A stretch of 64,000 nt of DNA, from contig JBAXWY010000006.1 of the NCBI GenBank assembly GCA_037128175.1, forward strand, positions 28,858 to 92,857. The letters run 5' to 3'. The stretch's first letter is position 1; every line of letters starts with the position of its first letter. The notes under the pieces were generated by a model. The model worked only from the letters and a program-made list of their open reading frames with translations, was not told the DNA's origin and did not search any database. Source of the stretch: Methanothrix sp. (GTDB taxonomy: Archaea; Halobacteriota; Methanosarcinia; Methanotrichales; Methanotrichaceae). Made by a program: the position numbers and the translations under genes. Below, in pieces: positions 42,019 to 51,777 of the stretch.

Positions 42019-43062
42019 TCACGAGGCGCAGATAACGTTGGCCGCCTTCTCCTGCCGGATCATGTAATAGAGCACGAAAAGAACGCAGATGTTGCCCGCC
42101 AATCCCAGGATGGCGAGAAACTGGGCCCTGTAAAAGAGGAATACCTGCACCAGAAAGATCTGCACCAGGACTGCATCCTTGAAGAGCAGGTAGGACTGCA
42201 GTCGGTTGCTTTTTATTTTTATGGCGGCGGCAATCACCAGGGCGGCCGCCAGCGTGGCCGAAAGAAGGCCGGCCAGATCGAAAAACGAGAGCGTGGGAAA
42301 GACGGTATGCAGATCCACCCTCCATTCCAGCTTAACATAGAGCAAAAAGAAGTCCATACCCAGGGCGAGCAGAGATTGCAGGATGAAGAAAGCAATCACC
42401 GCATTTACGAACCAGGATTTTTGCACCAGCTTCCGGTAAATCCTTCTGCCCCGATACTTGGCGGCAGTGTAGATATCGGGCCCTGGAACTGGCACAGACT
42501 GTGTGGCGTAAAGCAACTGTTGAAGGGCTTTTGTCACCGGATCAGAGGGAGAGCATTCTTTGAGCAGATCCAGCGCCCGTCTTCTCTCCCGGTGATCCAG
42601 GTCTTCCAGGACCACCTCTTTGGCAATCTCCAGAACATTGACCAGCTTCTCCTGCTCGCTGAGCTTGGGCTTTTTGACAACGTTTTCTATGGCCAGGTAG
42701 AGCAGAACGAATACCAGGTAAATCAGGGTCACTGCCGGCCGGTAGAAGTAGTCGTTGTCGCCGGTGATGAACTTACCCAGCTCGTCTATGAACGCCCCAA
42801 ATCCAAAGCCCCCCAGGGCGGCCACCAGATAATAAGCGGATTTGTTGATGTAAGCGAGAGCAATGACCAGAGCGATCATCATGAGCACTCCTCCCAAAAG
42901 GACATGGGCGATGTGCAAATTGCCGGGGCTGAAGCTGGGATAGCCGGTCAAGGCCAAAAAGAAGCGGATGCCTAGAACGGAAAAAACTGATGTGACAAAG
43001 AAAAGCTCCAGCAGGCTGGTAGCTTCCAGGTTGCGCATTAAATGACGGTTGAATAGCTTCAT
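42019..43062 (-). CDS. Conserved hypothetical multi-TM membrane protein
   Basis: R.FL..TGYP, HIAH.L.GG and GFG.FIDELGKFIT.DNDYFYRP; about 8 TM segments. Confidence 0.75.
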   Translation of the reverse strand: MKLFNRHLMRNLEATSLLELFFVTSVFSVLGIRFFLALTGYPSFSPGNLHIAHVLLGGVLMMIALVIALAYINKSAYYLVAALGGFGFGAFIDELGKFITGDNDYFYRPAVTLIYLVFVLLYLAIENVVKKPKLSEQEKLVNVLEIAKEVVLEDLDHRERRRALDLLKECSPSDPVTKALQQLLYATQSVPVPGPDIYTAAKYRGRRIYRKLVQKSWFVNAVIAFFILQSLLALGMDFFLLYVKLEWRVDLHTVFPTLSFFDLAGLLSATLAAALVIAAAIKIKSNRLQSYLLFKDAVLVQIFLVQVFLFYRAQFLAILGLAGNICVLFVLYYMIRQEKAANVICAS

Positions 43063-43122
43063 CCGAGATCTCCCTATCCCGTCCTGGTTACAGATGCTGT
43101 ATTGCTATTAAAAAAATGTATT

Positions 43123-44883
43123 TTAAGTTTCCTCAACGGGATAGTAGTATTCGCCCTGCTCCTTTTGAGTTCTTTCCAGCCTTGACTGTGGCTTGTTAAC
43201 GCGCGGCCGCCGCGTCTCCTCATCGCGCCGGAAGGTGATGTTTATGGCTTTGAGAAAGGCGTTCATGCCCTCACGCATCTCCAAAGGCGTATGAGCAATG
43301 CCCAAAACCCCCGCCGTGCCCTCAAAGACCATGAGCCGTTCCGCGAGCAGATCGATGAGATAGATATCATGGTCCACGACCAGCACCGTCTTCTCCGAGG
43401 ACTCGGCAAAGCGCCTCATGACCTTGGCCGCCAGCATCCTCTGCTCCACATCCAAATGCGCCGACGGCTCATCCAGCAGATAGAGGTCCGCCTCGCGACT
43501 GAGGCAGGCAGTTATGGCCACGCGCTGCAGCTCGCCACCGGATAGCTCCGTCAAGGCCTGATCCATAAACGGCTCCAGGCCCATGGGCTTTAAAATCTCC
43601 GTCTGGTAGAAGCTGGTGTCAAAGTCATGAGTCACGCTACGTAGAAGCCCCTGCACAGTTACATCGGAATCGGCTTTCAGGTACTGGGGCTTGTAGGATA
43701 CTCTGAGCCGGCAATCGAAGCTTCCAGCGGTCGGCTTTTCCACGCCCGCCAGGACCTTGATGTAGGTACTCTTGCCGATGCCGTTCGGACCCAGGATGCC
43801 CACCACTTCGCCACGACGAATGATACCGGGCTCTGCCACCAACCGGAAGGATGAGTACTGCACTTCAAAGGCCCCGTAGGCGATGAGCGTGGGGATCTCC
43901 TTGTCGATGCGGGGGGCATGCACATCGAAACGAATGGATGTATCCCGGAAGCGCACATTCTCCTCAGGAAGGTTGCCGCGCAGGTATTGGTTGATGCCTA
44001 CCCTTACCCCTTTGGTCCGGGTTATGACGCCATAGGCCCCAGGCACGCCGTAGATGAGATGAACGTTTTCTGCCAGAAGGTCAAGCAGGGCCAGGTCATG
44101 TTCCACTACCATGACCGCCTTATCCTTGGCCAGGCTCTGCAGGATGCGGGCCACGTTGATGCGCTGGTAAATATCCAGGAAGGGGCTGATCTCATCGAAG
44201 AAATAGAAATTGGCGTCGCGCGCGACCGTCGCCGCGATGGCCACTCGCTGCAACTCTCCACCTGAGAGGCTTGATATCTCCCGGTCCATGAACTTGCCTA
44301 GAGAAAGTCCTTCCACCAGATCGGCGAGAGCACCGCGTTCGTCCGTTTTCTCCAAGAGACCGCTAACAGGCCCCGAATAGCTCTTGGGGATGCGATCAAC
44401 ATACTGCGGCTTGTAGGATGTCTTGACGCCCTTATCTGCTACCTTTTTCAGATAATCTCCCAGGGCGCTGCCCGCAAAGCGGGAGAACACATCATCCCAG
44501 GAGGCATTCTTCCCCAAATTAGGTCGAAGGATGCCAGAGAGTATGGATACGGCGGTGCTTTTTCCTATGCCGTTGGGGCCCAAAAGACCGGTGACCCGGC
44601 CCTCAACCGGCACGGGCAGACCATAAAGCGCAAAGCCGTTCTGGCCATACCTGTGCACCGGATCCTCCATCTCTTCCGGCAGGTTGGTGATGGTAATCGC
44701 CCCAAAGGGGCATTTGCGCACACAAATACCGCAGCCCACGCAAAGGTTCTCGGTGATGAGGGGCTTGCTATCCACAAAGACTATGGTCTCGTCGCCCGTG
44801 CGTACCGGTGGGCAGAAGTACTCGCACTCTTTGGAGCACTTGCGGGGCTGGCAGCGATCGCGGTTGATGATGGCAATTCTCAT
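43123..44883 (-). CDS. rli: Ribosome recycling ATPase ABCE1/RLI
   Basis: N-terminal 2x[4Fe-4S] Cys motifs; two GPNGIGKS and LSGGELQR cassettes; RPRVNK. Confidence 0.96.
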   Translation of the reverse strand: MRIAIINRDRCQPRKCSKECEYFCPPVRTGDETIVFVDSKPLITENLCVGCGICVRKCPFGAITITNLPEEMEDPVHRYGQNGFALYGLPVPVEGRVTGLLGPNGIGKSTAVSILSGILRPNLGKNASWDDVFSRFAGSALGDYLKKVADKGVKTSYKPQYVDRIPKSYSGPVSGLLEKTDERGALADLVEGLSLGKFMDREISSLSGGELQRVAIAATVARDANFYFFDEISPFLDIYQRINVARILQSLAKDKAVMVVEHDLALLDLLAENVHLIYGVPGAYGVITRTKGVRVGINQYLRGNLPEENVRFRDTSIRFDVHAPRIDKEIPTLIAYGAFEVQYSSFRLVAEPGIIRRGEVVGILGPNGIGKSTYIKVLAGVEKPTAGSFDCRLRVSYKPQYLKADSDVTVQGLLRSVTHDFDTSFYQTEILKPMGLEPFMDQALTELSGGELQRVAITACLSREADLYLLDEPSAHLDVEQRMLAAKVMRRFAESSEKTVLVVDHDIYLIDLLAERLMVFEGTAGVLGIAHTPLEMREGMNAFLKAINITFRRDEETRRPRVNKPQSRLERTQKEQGEYYYPVEET

Positions 44884-44892
44884 GGGTATACC

Positions 44893-45303
44893 TCAGTTGA
44901 GAAGGAGCGTCCAGGCAACCAGCCAGAAATCGACTACCATGAACTCTACATAGATCCAATCTTTGGTCTTGAAGCTTGCTGCATCTATATTCAAGAACGT
45001 ATAGGTATACTTTTGAATGACATAGGTAAGCAGTATTACAGAAAGCATCACGAAATGCCAGGGATAACGATCTAATGCCGCACCTGTATAATAGCAGGCA
45101 AAGCCCGCCACGGTTCCGAGGATAGAAGGATACACGGTCTTGATTATTCCATCAATGCGGTCCTTTCTGCGTTCGGCTGCGCTCTTGGGCAAGACTTTGG
45201 GCGGTAGCTTGGCTACCTTTTCACTCGGTTTTTCCTGGGTAGTCGCGAGGGTCGCGAGCCGTTGGTCTTCCTTATTGCCAACCTTTTTTTCTTTCTTGGC
45301 CAT
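44893..45303 (-). CDS. EMC6-like archaeal membrane protein
   Basis: Three TM segments; KDW.YV.FM...FW.V.WTLLLN tail; adjacent to ABCE1. Confidence 0.7.
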   Translation of the reverse strand: MAKKEKKVGNKEDQRLATLATTQEKPSEKVAKLPPKVLPKSAAERRKDRIDGIIKTVYPSILGTVAGFACYYTGAALDRYPWHFVMLSVILLTYVIQKYTYTFLNIDAASFKTKDWIYVEFMVVDFWLVAWTLLLN

Positions 45304-45386
45304 CCAACCTTTGCATTTCATTATATGATAATAGCGTTTTGGTCCGGGAAAAGTCCAAGTACTATAACTTTCAAGAGCCTCTGCAT

Positions 45387-45842
45387 GTGTATGTCGTAGC
45401 GGATGCCTCGGTATTCATCTGGGGTAAAAGGCCAGCAGGGGAATTGATCACCGTCCCGGCGGTTGAAGCGGAGCTCAAAGATATAAGGACAAAGTCCCTG
45501 CTTCACATCTTCGAGACGCGAGTGGAAAGCCCCTCCCCCCAGGCGCGAAAGGCTGCAGAGCGCGCCGCAACACAGACAGGCGACCTCAAAGCACTGTCTT
45601 CCGCTGATTTGGATGTCCTGGCAAAAGCCCTGGAATATAGAGCAGTTCTAGCTACCGATGACTACGCTCTGCAAAACGTCGCTCTTCACCTCGGCCTGAA
45701 GATCGAGACCATCGGGCAGCCCAGGATAAAGAGATTGCTAAAACACGTCCAGAGGTGCCAGGGCTGCGGCAGCAAATTCGAGGGGGAAACTTGTGCGGAT
45801 TGCGGAACTCCTGCCCGAAAGAAAAAGAGGTGCATAAGATGA
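45387..45842 (+). CDS. nob1: Nob1-family PIN endonuclease with Zn ribbon
   Basis: VADAS, T...V..E, TGD...LS.AD, TDDYALQN and CQGC...CADCG. Confidence 0.88.
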   Translation: MYVVADASVFIWGKRPAGELITVPAVEAELKDIRTKSLLHIFETRVESPSPQARKAAERAATQTGDLKALSSADLDVLAKALEYRAVLATDDYALQNVALHLGLKIETIGQPRIKRLLKHVQRCQGCGSKFEGETCADCGTPARKKKRCIR

Positions 45843-46456
45843 AGAATATTGAAACTTTGATTAAGAAGGCAACAGAACTAAAGGCGGAAGGACTGGTTGA
45901 AGGCCAGATATCAGAGGAGCTGAATGTCTCCAGCGAGACGGTGACCTGGCTGCTTACTCATGCTGAGAAGACGAGCACATCGCCCGGGCCCAAAGATATC
46001 TCAGTGGACTGGTCCATGATCGGCAAGAGTGCCTTTAGGCTGAACCACGTCTCGGAAGCACTCTCCGATATCATTTATGATACTTTAGACGACAACGACT
46101 GCGGCGTGGATGTCGTGGTGGGCATAGCTTTAAGCGGCCTGCCTCTGGCCAGCATGGTGGCCAATAGCCTGGCGGCGGAGCTTGCTGTCTACACTCCCAG
46201 CAAACAGATGCTCACCAAAGAGAGCGGCAAGGCGCGCGGCAATCTGAGCGCTAACTTCGCCGGTGTTATGGACAAAGAGTGCATCATCATAGACGATGTG
46301 ATTACATCCGGCCAGACGCTGGAAGAGGCTGTCGAGTATCTGGATGAGCACGGGGCCAAGATCAATGCAGTCGCTGTCCTGATCGACAAGAAGGGCACGG
46401 ACGAGATCGCGGGAGTTCCCGTGGTTTCGCTCTTGAAGGTCTTGAGAGTAAATTAG
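45839..46456 (+). CDS. PyrE-like PRTase with N-terminal HTH (GfcR-like)
   Basis: I.EELNVS.ETVTWL HTH, DISVDWS and IIDDVITSG PRPP motif. Confidence 0.85.
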   Translation: MKNIETLIKKATELKAEGLVEGQISEELNVSSETVTWLLTHAEKTSTSPGPKDISVDWSMIGKSAFRLNHVSEALSDIIYDTLDDNDCGVDVVVGIALSGLPLASMVANSLAAELAVYTPSKQMLTKESGKARGNLSANFAGVMDKECIIIDDVITSGQTLEEAVEYLDEHGAKINAVAVLIDKKGTDEIAGVPVVSLLKVLRVN

Positions 46457-46599
46457 ATCAAACCGATTATGAGATGGCCGGAAAAGACGGCCATTCAAAT
46501 ATTTTCTTCGGAACCCTGATCTTTGCGCGTACTTTTCCCCGACCCTTAGAAAGCCTTTTAGCATTCCTGTATCAACTTTCGCACTCAAGCTGATCAACT

Positions 46600-49500
46600 A
46601 TGTTCTCCGAGGATGAGTATCGATTGGACTTCTTCGTGGATGAGGGATTCCAGCGCAAGAAGTGCGACAAATGCGGCAAATTCTTCTGGACCAGGAACGG
46701 CGAGAGGAGGACTTGCGGGGACCCGCCCTGCGATCCCTATACCTTCATAGGCTCTCCCATATTCAAACGCGAGCACACAATAGACGAGATGCGCGAGCAC
46801 TACCTCAGCTTCTTTGAGGCCCGAGGGCACGCTCGCATCAAGAGGTATCCGGTGGTGGCCCGCTGGCGAGACGACATTTACCTCACCATTGCCTCCATCG
46901 CCGATTTCCAGCCTTTTGTGACCTCCGGGCAGGTGCCGCCGCCCGCCAACCCCCTCACCATCAGCCAGCCCTGCATCAGGCTTGATGATCTAGATTCGGT
47001 AGGGCGCAGCGGACGGCATCTCACCACCTTCGAGATGATGGCCCACCACGTCTTCAACACTCGCGAAAAGGAGTACTACTGGAAGGATCGTACGGTCCAA
47101 TTATGCGATGAGCTGCTGGTCGGTCTGGGCATGGACCCGCTGGCTGTGACCTACAAGGAGAATCCCTGGGCAGGCGGCGGGAACGCGGGACCGAGCGTGG
47201 AGGTCATGGTCGGGGGTCTGGAGCTTGCCACGCTGGTCTTCATGGACCTTAAAACTGCACCAGGAGGGGCCATCCAGATCAAGGACGAGTCTTATGAGAA
47301 GATGAACAACTACATCGTGGACACCGGCTACGGTCTGGAGAGGTTTGTCTGGGCCTCCAAGGGCTCGCCTACCATTTACGATGCTATTTTTCCCGATCTG
47401 GTCAGGAAGGTGGCCGACCTGGCGGGCGTCGAGCACAACCTGCAAGACCCTGAGTATGCCGAGATCTTCGCCCAGAATGCCCGCCTTGCAGGAATGGTGG
47501 ATCTGGACGAGTACAGCATGCAGGATCTGCGCAGGAAAATTGCGGGCAGCATCGGCATCTCGCCCGAGAAGCTGGAGAAGACCATCGAGCCCATGGAGCG
47601 CATCTATGCCGTGGTGGACCATACCCGTTGCCTGGCTTACATGTTTGGAGACGGCATCATCCCCTCCAATGTCAAAGCAGGCTACCTGGCAAGGCTGGTC
47701 ATCCGCCGCACTCTGCGCCTGATGAAAGAGCTGGAATTGTCTCTGCCACTGGCGGAATTGGTGGAGATGCAGATCCAGCGGCTGGACTATTCTGACTGGC
47801 AGGAGCGCTTTGTCACCATCAAGGAGATCCTCGACCAGGAAGAGCAGAAGTACGCGGAGACCCTGGAGAAGGGCAAGCGTCTGGTCAAGAAGACGGCCGA
47901 GCACTTTAAAAAGTTGAACCAGCCCATTCCCCTGGTGGAGATGATCTCCCTTTACGACACGCACGGCATTCCCCCTGAGATCGCTCGCGAGTCGGCAGAG
48001 GAGATGGGGGCAACGGTGGAACTGCCGGACAACTTCTACTCACTGGTGGCCAAGAAACGCATCCGGGCCGAGAAAGTAGAAGCCAAAGCCACCCTGCCCG
48101 GCAAGACTGAGCTTTTATTCTACGAGCAGCCCTTCGGGCAGGTCTTCGAGGCCCAGGTGCTGGATGTGATGCAGGACGGCAGCATCATCCTGGACAGAAC
48201 GCTCCTCTACCCAGAGGGCGGCGGCCAGCCGGCTGATCACGGCACTCTGGAGAAGGGGGGCAGGGCTTTCTCTGTAGTGGATGTGCAAAAGTCGGGAGAC
48301 GTTGTGCTGCATAAGTTAGCAAGGCCGGGATTGGCGAAAGGCGACTATGTCACCGGCAAGGTGGACATGCGTCGCAGGCTGGCGCACGCCCGCCATCATA
48401 CTGCCACTCACCTGGTGCACGACTCCGCAAAACGCGTTTTAGGCAAGCACGTCTGGCAGGCAGGAGCCCAGAAGAGCGAGGATCGTGCCCGGCTGGACAT
48501 CTCCCACTACAAGCGCATCACAACCCTGGAGCTGAAGGCGATAGAGTTAGAAGCTAACCGGCGGGTGATGGAGATGGAACCAGTGGACACCCAGTTCCTT
48601 CCCAGGACGGAGGCGGAAAAGCTCTTCGGCTTTGAGCTGTACCAGGGAGGCGTGCCTCCTGGAAATCAGATTCGCGTGGTGCGGGTGGGCAGCGACATCG
48701 AGGCCTGTGCTGGAACGCACGTCACCAACACAGGGCAGATCGGGGCCATCAAGATCCTGCGCGCCGAGCGCATTCAGGACGGCGTGGAGAGGATCGAGTT
48801 TGCTGCAGGCGAAGCGGCCGTGCGGGCGGGCCAGGAGCGCGACGACCTGCTCTCCGGAGCCGCAGACGTGCTGCGCGTTCCGAACGAGCAACTGCCCCGC
48901 ACGGCGGAGCGCTTCTTTGAGGAGTGGAAGGGCCAGCAGAAGGAGATCGAGCGACTGACGGATGAACTGGCATTGGTAGATGTCATGTTCCTGGAAAAAA
49001 ATGCTTGGGAAAGCATGTCGATAAATGGTCTAAAAACGATAAGAGGTATTGTAAACAATTGGGATTTTGAAAGATTGATCAAGACTAGCACGCTACTTGC
49101 GAAGAAGGATTATTTTACAGTAATCGTGGATGGGAGTGGAAAGTTTGCAGTAGCGATTGGAAACACTGGTTTGAAAAGCGGCATGAAAGCAAATGCTACT
49201 GCAAAAGAGATCATAAGGAACTTAGGCGGCAAAGGTGGAGGAAAAGCAGAGTTGGCTCAAGGTGTTGTTACAAAGCTAGATAGCTTGGAAGAAGATCTTG
49301 GCAAGACTTTAGCGTTATATTTAGGTATTCCTTACTTTAGTTCGCGAGAAGAGAATGTAGAATCAAATTTAAGAAGTGAACCCCCCTCAGAAAAGACTGA
49401 GCGCTCCGATTTACTCTTGAAGCAAGGAATAGACCTTTGGCGCAAAGGATATCGTGATAAAGCAATGGAGTGCTTCGATAAATCTATAGAATTAGATCCC

Positions 49501-49965
49501 ATGAATGAGCAAGCATGGATAAAAAGAGGCATTGCTTTTGGCAACCAAGGTGAACATAACCAAGCAATCGAATGCTTCCGTCATTCTTTGGAAATCAATC
49601 AAGAGTCCGCGGAAGCATATCATAATCTTGGAGTTGCTTTTGGACATATTGGTCAATATAAGGATGCCGAAGAGAATTTTAACAACGCTATTGAAAAGAA
49701 GCCGGATTATGCAAATGCGTGGCTCAATATGGGTACTGCTAATCTCAAGCGAGCCAAGTATATAGATGCATTAAATTGCTTCAATAAGGCTATTGAGCTG
49801 AATCCAAATGATGAAATGGCCTGGTTTAGCAAAGGAGTGGCACTTTCAGAAAGGAAGGACTATTCGGAGGCTATTGATTCTTTAAGGACTGCCATCGACC
49901 TAAAGCCATCTTTTGAAGCCGCTAAGGCCAAAATTGCTTCAATAGAAAGCAAATTAAAAAATTGA
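46600..49965 (+). CDS. alaS: Alanine--tRNA ligase with divergent C-Ala domain and C-terminal 5-TPR extension
   Basis: Archaeal AlaRS motifs TIASIADFQP, QPCIR, H.T.FEM, DTGYGLER, HTATH and ACAGTH. Single frame through GGKGGGKAELAQG into TPRs (about 49400-49965). Confidence 0.92.
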   Translation: MFSEDEYRLDFFVDEGFQRKKCDKCGKFFWTRNGERRTCGDPPCDPYTFIGSPIFKREHTIDEMREHYLSFFEARGHARIKRYPVVARWRDDIYLTIASIADFQPFVTSGQVPPPANPLTISQPCIRLDDLDSVGRSGRHLTTFEMMAHHVFNTREKEYYWKDRTVQLCDELLVGLGMDPLAVTYKENPWAGGGNAGPSVEVMVGGLELATLVFMDLKTAPGGAIQIKDESYEKMNNYIVDTGYGLERFVWASKGSPTIYDAIFPDLVRKVADLAGVEHNLQDPEYAEIFAQNARLAGMVDLDEYSMQDLRRKIAGSIGISPEKLEKTIEPMERIYAVVDHTRCLAYMFGDGIIPSNVKAGYLARLVIRRTLRLMKELELSLPLAELVEMQIQRLDYSDWQERFVTIKEILDQEEQKYAETLEKGKRLVKKTAEHFKKLNQPIPLVEMISLYDTHGIPPEIARESAEEMGATVELPDNFYSLVAKKRIRAEKVEAKATLPGKTELLFYEQPFGQVFEAQVLDVMQDGSIILDRTLLYPEGGGQPADHGTLEKGGRAFSVVDVQKSGDVVLHKLARPGLAKGDYVTGKVDMRRRLAHARHHTATHLVHDSAKRVLGKHVWQAGAQKSEDRARLDISHYKRITTLELKAIELEANRRVMEMEPVDTQFLPRTEAEKLFGFELYQGGVPPGNQIRVVRVGSDIEACAGTHVTNTGQIGAIKILRAERIQDGVERIEFAAGEAAVRAGQERDDLLSGAADVLRVPNEQLPRTAERFFEEWKGQQKEIERLTDELALVDVMFLEKNAWESMSINGLKTIRGIVNNWDFERLIKTSTLLAKKDYFTVIVDGSGKFAVAIGNTGLKSGMKANATAKEIIRNLGGKGGGKAELAQGVVTKLDSLEEDLGKTLALYLGIPYFSSREENVESNLRSEPPSEKTERSDLLLKQGIDLWRKGYRDKAMECFDKSIELDPMNEQAWIKRGIAFGNQGEHNQAIECFRHSLEINQESAEAYHNLGVAFGHIGQYKDAEENFNNAIEKKPDYANAWLNMGTANLKRAKYIDALNCFNKAIELNPNDEMAWFSKGVALSERKDYSEAIDSLRTAIDLKPSFEAAKAKIASIESKLKN

Positions 49966-50021
49966 ACAAAAGGAAAAGGTGCTTGCATGGATAGAATGTT
50001 GAACGTCCCATTAAAGCATGT

Positions 50022-50250
50022 CATAGGATGAGCAGCGCAGACATCGATGAGCTTCTCAAGGCGGAGGCACTCCTGGCGGAGCGGGACGGATCGCCCTTTT
50101 GGGCAGCGAGACAGGCAAGTTGGTCGCCACGGTGGGCCAGTCAGGCATCGATAAGGGCATCAAGGCTGGCTGCATCATCCTGGCGGATGGCTCAATGTGG
50201 AGAAGCTGGACAAGGCATTTCAGGCGGGAAGAACGGCGATGATGGCCTAA
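50022..50250 (+). pseudogene. Degenerate copy of alaS 3' end (C-Ala/DHHA1 remnant #1)
   Basis: Across frames: HRMSSADIDELLKAEALLAERD / IALLGSETGKLVATVGQSGIDKGIKAGCII / NVEKLDKAFQAGRTAMMA*. Confidence 0.75.
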
Positions 50251-50314
50251 ATATTTTTTTCTTTGACGATACAATTTTCAATAACCAATTTGGGTTTGAA
50301 GGGACGGCAGGATC

Positions 50315-51328
50315 ATGGGAACTGAAATAAAAACATGGCAGATTATAGACGGCAAGTTAACCTCCGTGGATACCGCTCTGAAATATGAAGGCCGAACTGA
50401 GCCATACGATCTTGAACCCTGGCTCGCATCAAATCCTGAAATAATAGGAACGGATATCATGATCATTGGCAGGCAGGTTATGACTAAATCCGGCCCTATT
50501 GACTTACTTGCCGTTGACAAATCTGGAAACACGGTGATTATTGAAATCAAGCGCGCCGAACTGCCACGAGAGACACTTGCTCAGGCGATCGATTACGCAT
50601 CAAATGTTGCTGAATGGACTGCAGAAAAATTGAGCGAAATTCATTCGTCATACACTTCAAGAGCATTTGGGGAATCTTTCAACGAGGCATTTCCTGATAT
50701 CGATCTGGAGAATGTAAATCTCAATAGCACGCAAAGAATTCTCCTTGTCGGCTTCTCCATCGAGGCGTCACTCGAAAGAATGATTGAATGGCTTTCGGAC
50801 TCTTATGAAGTCAACGTCAATGCCATAGTTCTAAATTATGTCAAGACAAAAGGTGGAGACGAACTTCTGATGAAGACGTCCATCATTTCTGAAGAGGCGG
50901 AACAGGAACGGAGCGGAAAAAGGAAAAAGTTTGAAATACCGATGTCCGATGAACCTCCCGCCATTGATTACGATGTGTCAAGCCTGAAGGGATTGTTGCT
51001 CGATTACCTCTCAAGAGATCGAGTCACTAACAGGCGAATGCGGGACATTCTATTTCCATCACTCTTGAATACCAAGGAACCTGATAAGCTCAGCAGAGAT
51101 CAATTATCAAGCAAATTTGTTGAGTTCGACAATAATTACGATGAGTCGAAAGTAGGATTCTACCTGACATCAATTTCATCGCAACTTGGTATGAAGAAGA
51201 ACGATTTTCTTCGACAAGTTATTGCATACGAGTACCCACGGCATCATTGGGAGAAAGATAACTTTTCGATTCGGCTCAAATACCGGGATCTAGTTTTAGA
51301 GGTCCTTGAAGAACTGAAGAGGCAATAA
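50315..51328 (+). CDS. NucS/DUF91-like PD-(D/E)XK endonuclease domain protein
   Basis: E..LE.WL, IGRQV.T..G.IDLLAVD..G..VIIEIKR and AQAIDYAS. Confidence 0.8.
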   Translation: MGTEIKTWQIIDGKLTSVDTALKYEGRTEPYDLEPWLASNPEIIGTDIMIIGRQVMTKSGPIDLLAVDKSGNTVIIEIKRAELPRETLAQAIDYASNVAEWTAEKLSEIHSSYTSRAFGESFNEAFPDIDLENVNLNSTQRILLVGFSIEASLERMIEWLSDSYEVNVNAIVLNYVKTKGGDELLMKTSIISEEAEQERSGKRKKFEIPMSDEPPAIDYDVSSLKGLLLDYLSRDRVTNRRMRDILFPSLLNTKEPDKLSRDQLSSKFVEFDNNYDESKVGFYLTSISSQLGMKKNDFLRQVIAYEYPRHHWEKDNFSIRLKYRDLVLEVLEELKRQ

Positions 51329-51372
51329 TCAAAACTCACATTTATATCAAAAGAGCATCCAACACCATCTCC

Positions 51373-51621
51373 GTGAATAACGAAAACCTACTGGAAAGGA
51401 TCACCATAAATCCCAAAGTAATGGTAGGCAAACCCGTCATCCGGGGCACTCGGCTCACCGTGGAGTACATCCTGGGACTCCTGGCCCATGGCACCACCAT
51501 GGAGGATATCCTGGTGGAGTATCCCGGCTTGGAAAAGGACGACATCTATGCCTGTCTTCTCTTTGCCTCCAAGACCCTTCAAGACGCTTCTTTCATTCCC
51601 CTCGCGGCCGAGGCCGTTTAG
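51373..51621 (+). CDS. DUF433 antitoxin
   Basis: RITINPKVMVGKPVIRGTRLTV..IL..LA.G....DIL.EYP.L...DI.ACL.FA. Confidence 0.92.
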   Translation: MNNENLLERITINPKVMVGKPVIRGTRLTVEYILGLLAHGTTMEDILVEYPGLEKDDIYACLLFASKTLQDASFIPLAAEAV

Positions 51622-51777
51622 ATGCGTTTCCTGGTTGACGAATGCGTGGGCCCTTCTGTCGTGAGGTGGCTACGCGAGAACAATCATGACGCCACCTCTG
51701 CTTGCGAGGATTGCAGGGGATGGGAAGACGAAAGCAGAGGCCGAGATCATGGATGGCCTAAGAATCGTGGTGCATAA
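51622..51777 (+). pseudogene. DUF5615 (PIN-like) toxin, truncated
   Basis: MRFLVDECVGPSVVRWLRENNHDA...RGWEDE then runs into the alaS remnant and stops after 51 codons; immediately follows DUF433. Confidence 0.8.

Noticed and set aside
41861-42325. N-terminal part of the 262-aa ORF 41537-42325
   Set aside because: Largely an alternative frame of the real gene 42019-43062; only the AT-rich 3' part looks coding.
50028-50330. 100-aa ORF (and the 97-aa ORF at 51686-51979) as novel proteins
   Set aside because: Both are frameshifted read-throughs of alaS 3'-end remnants.
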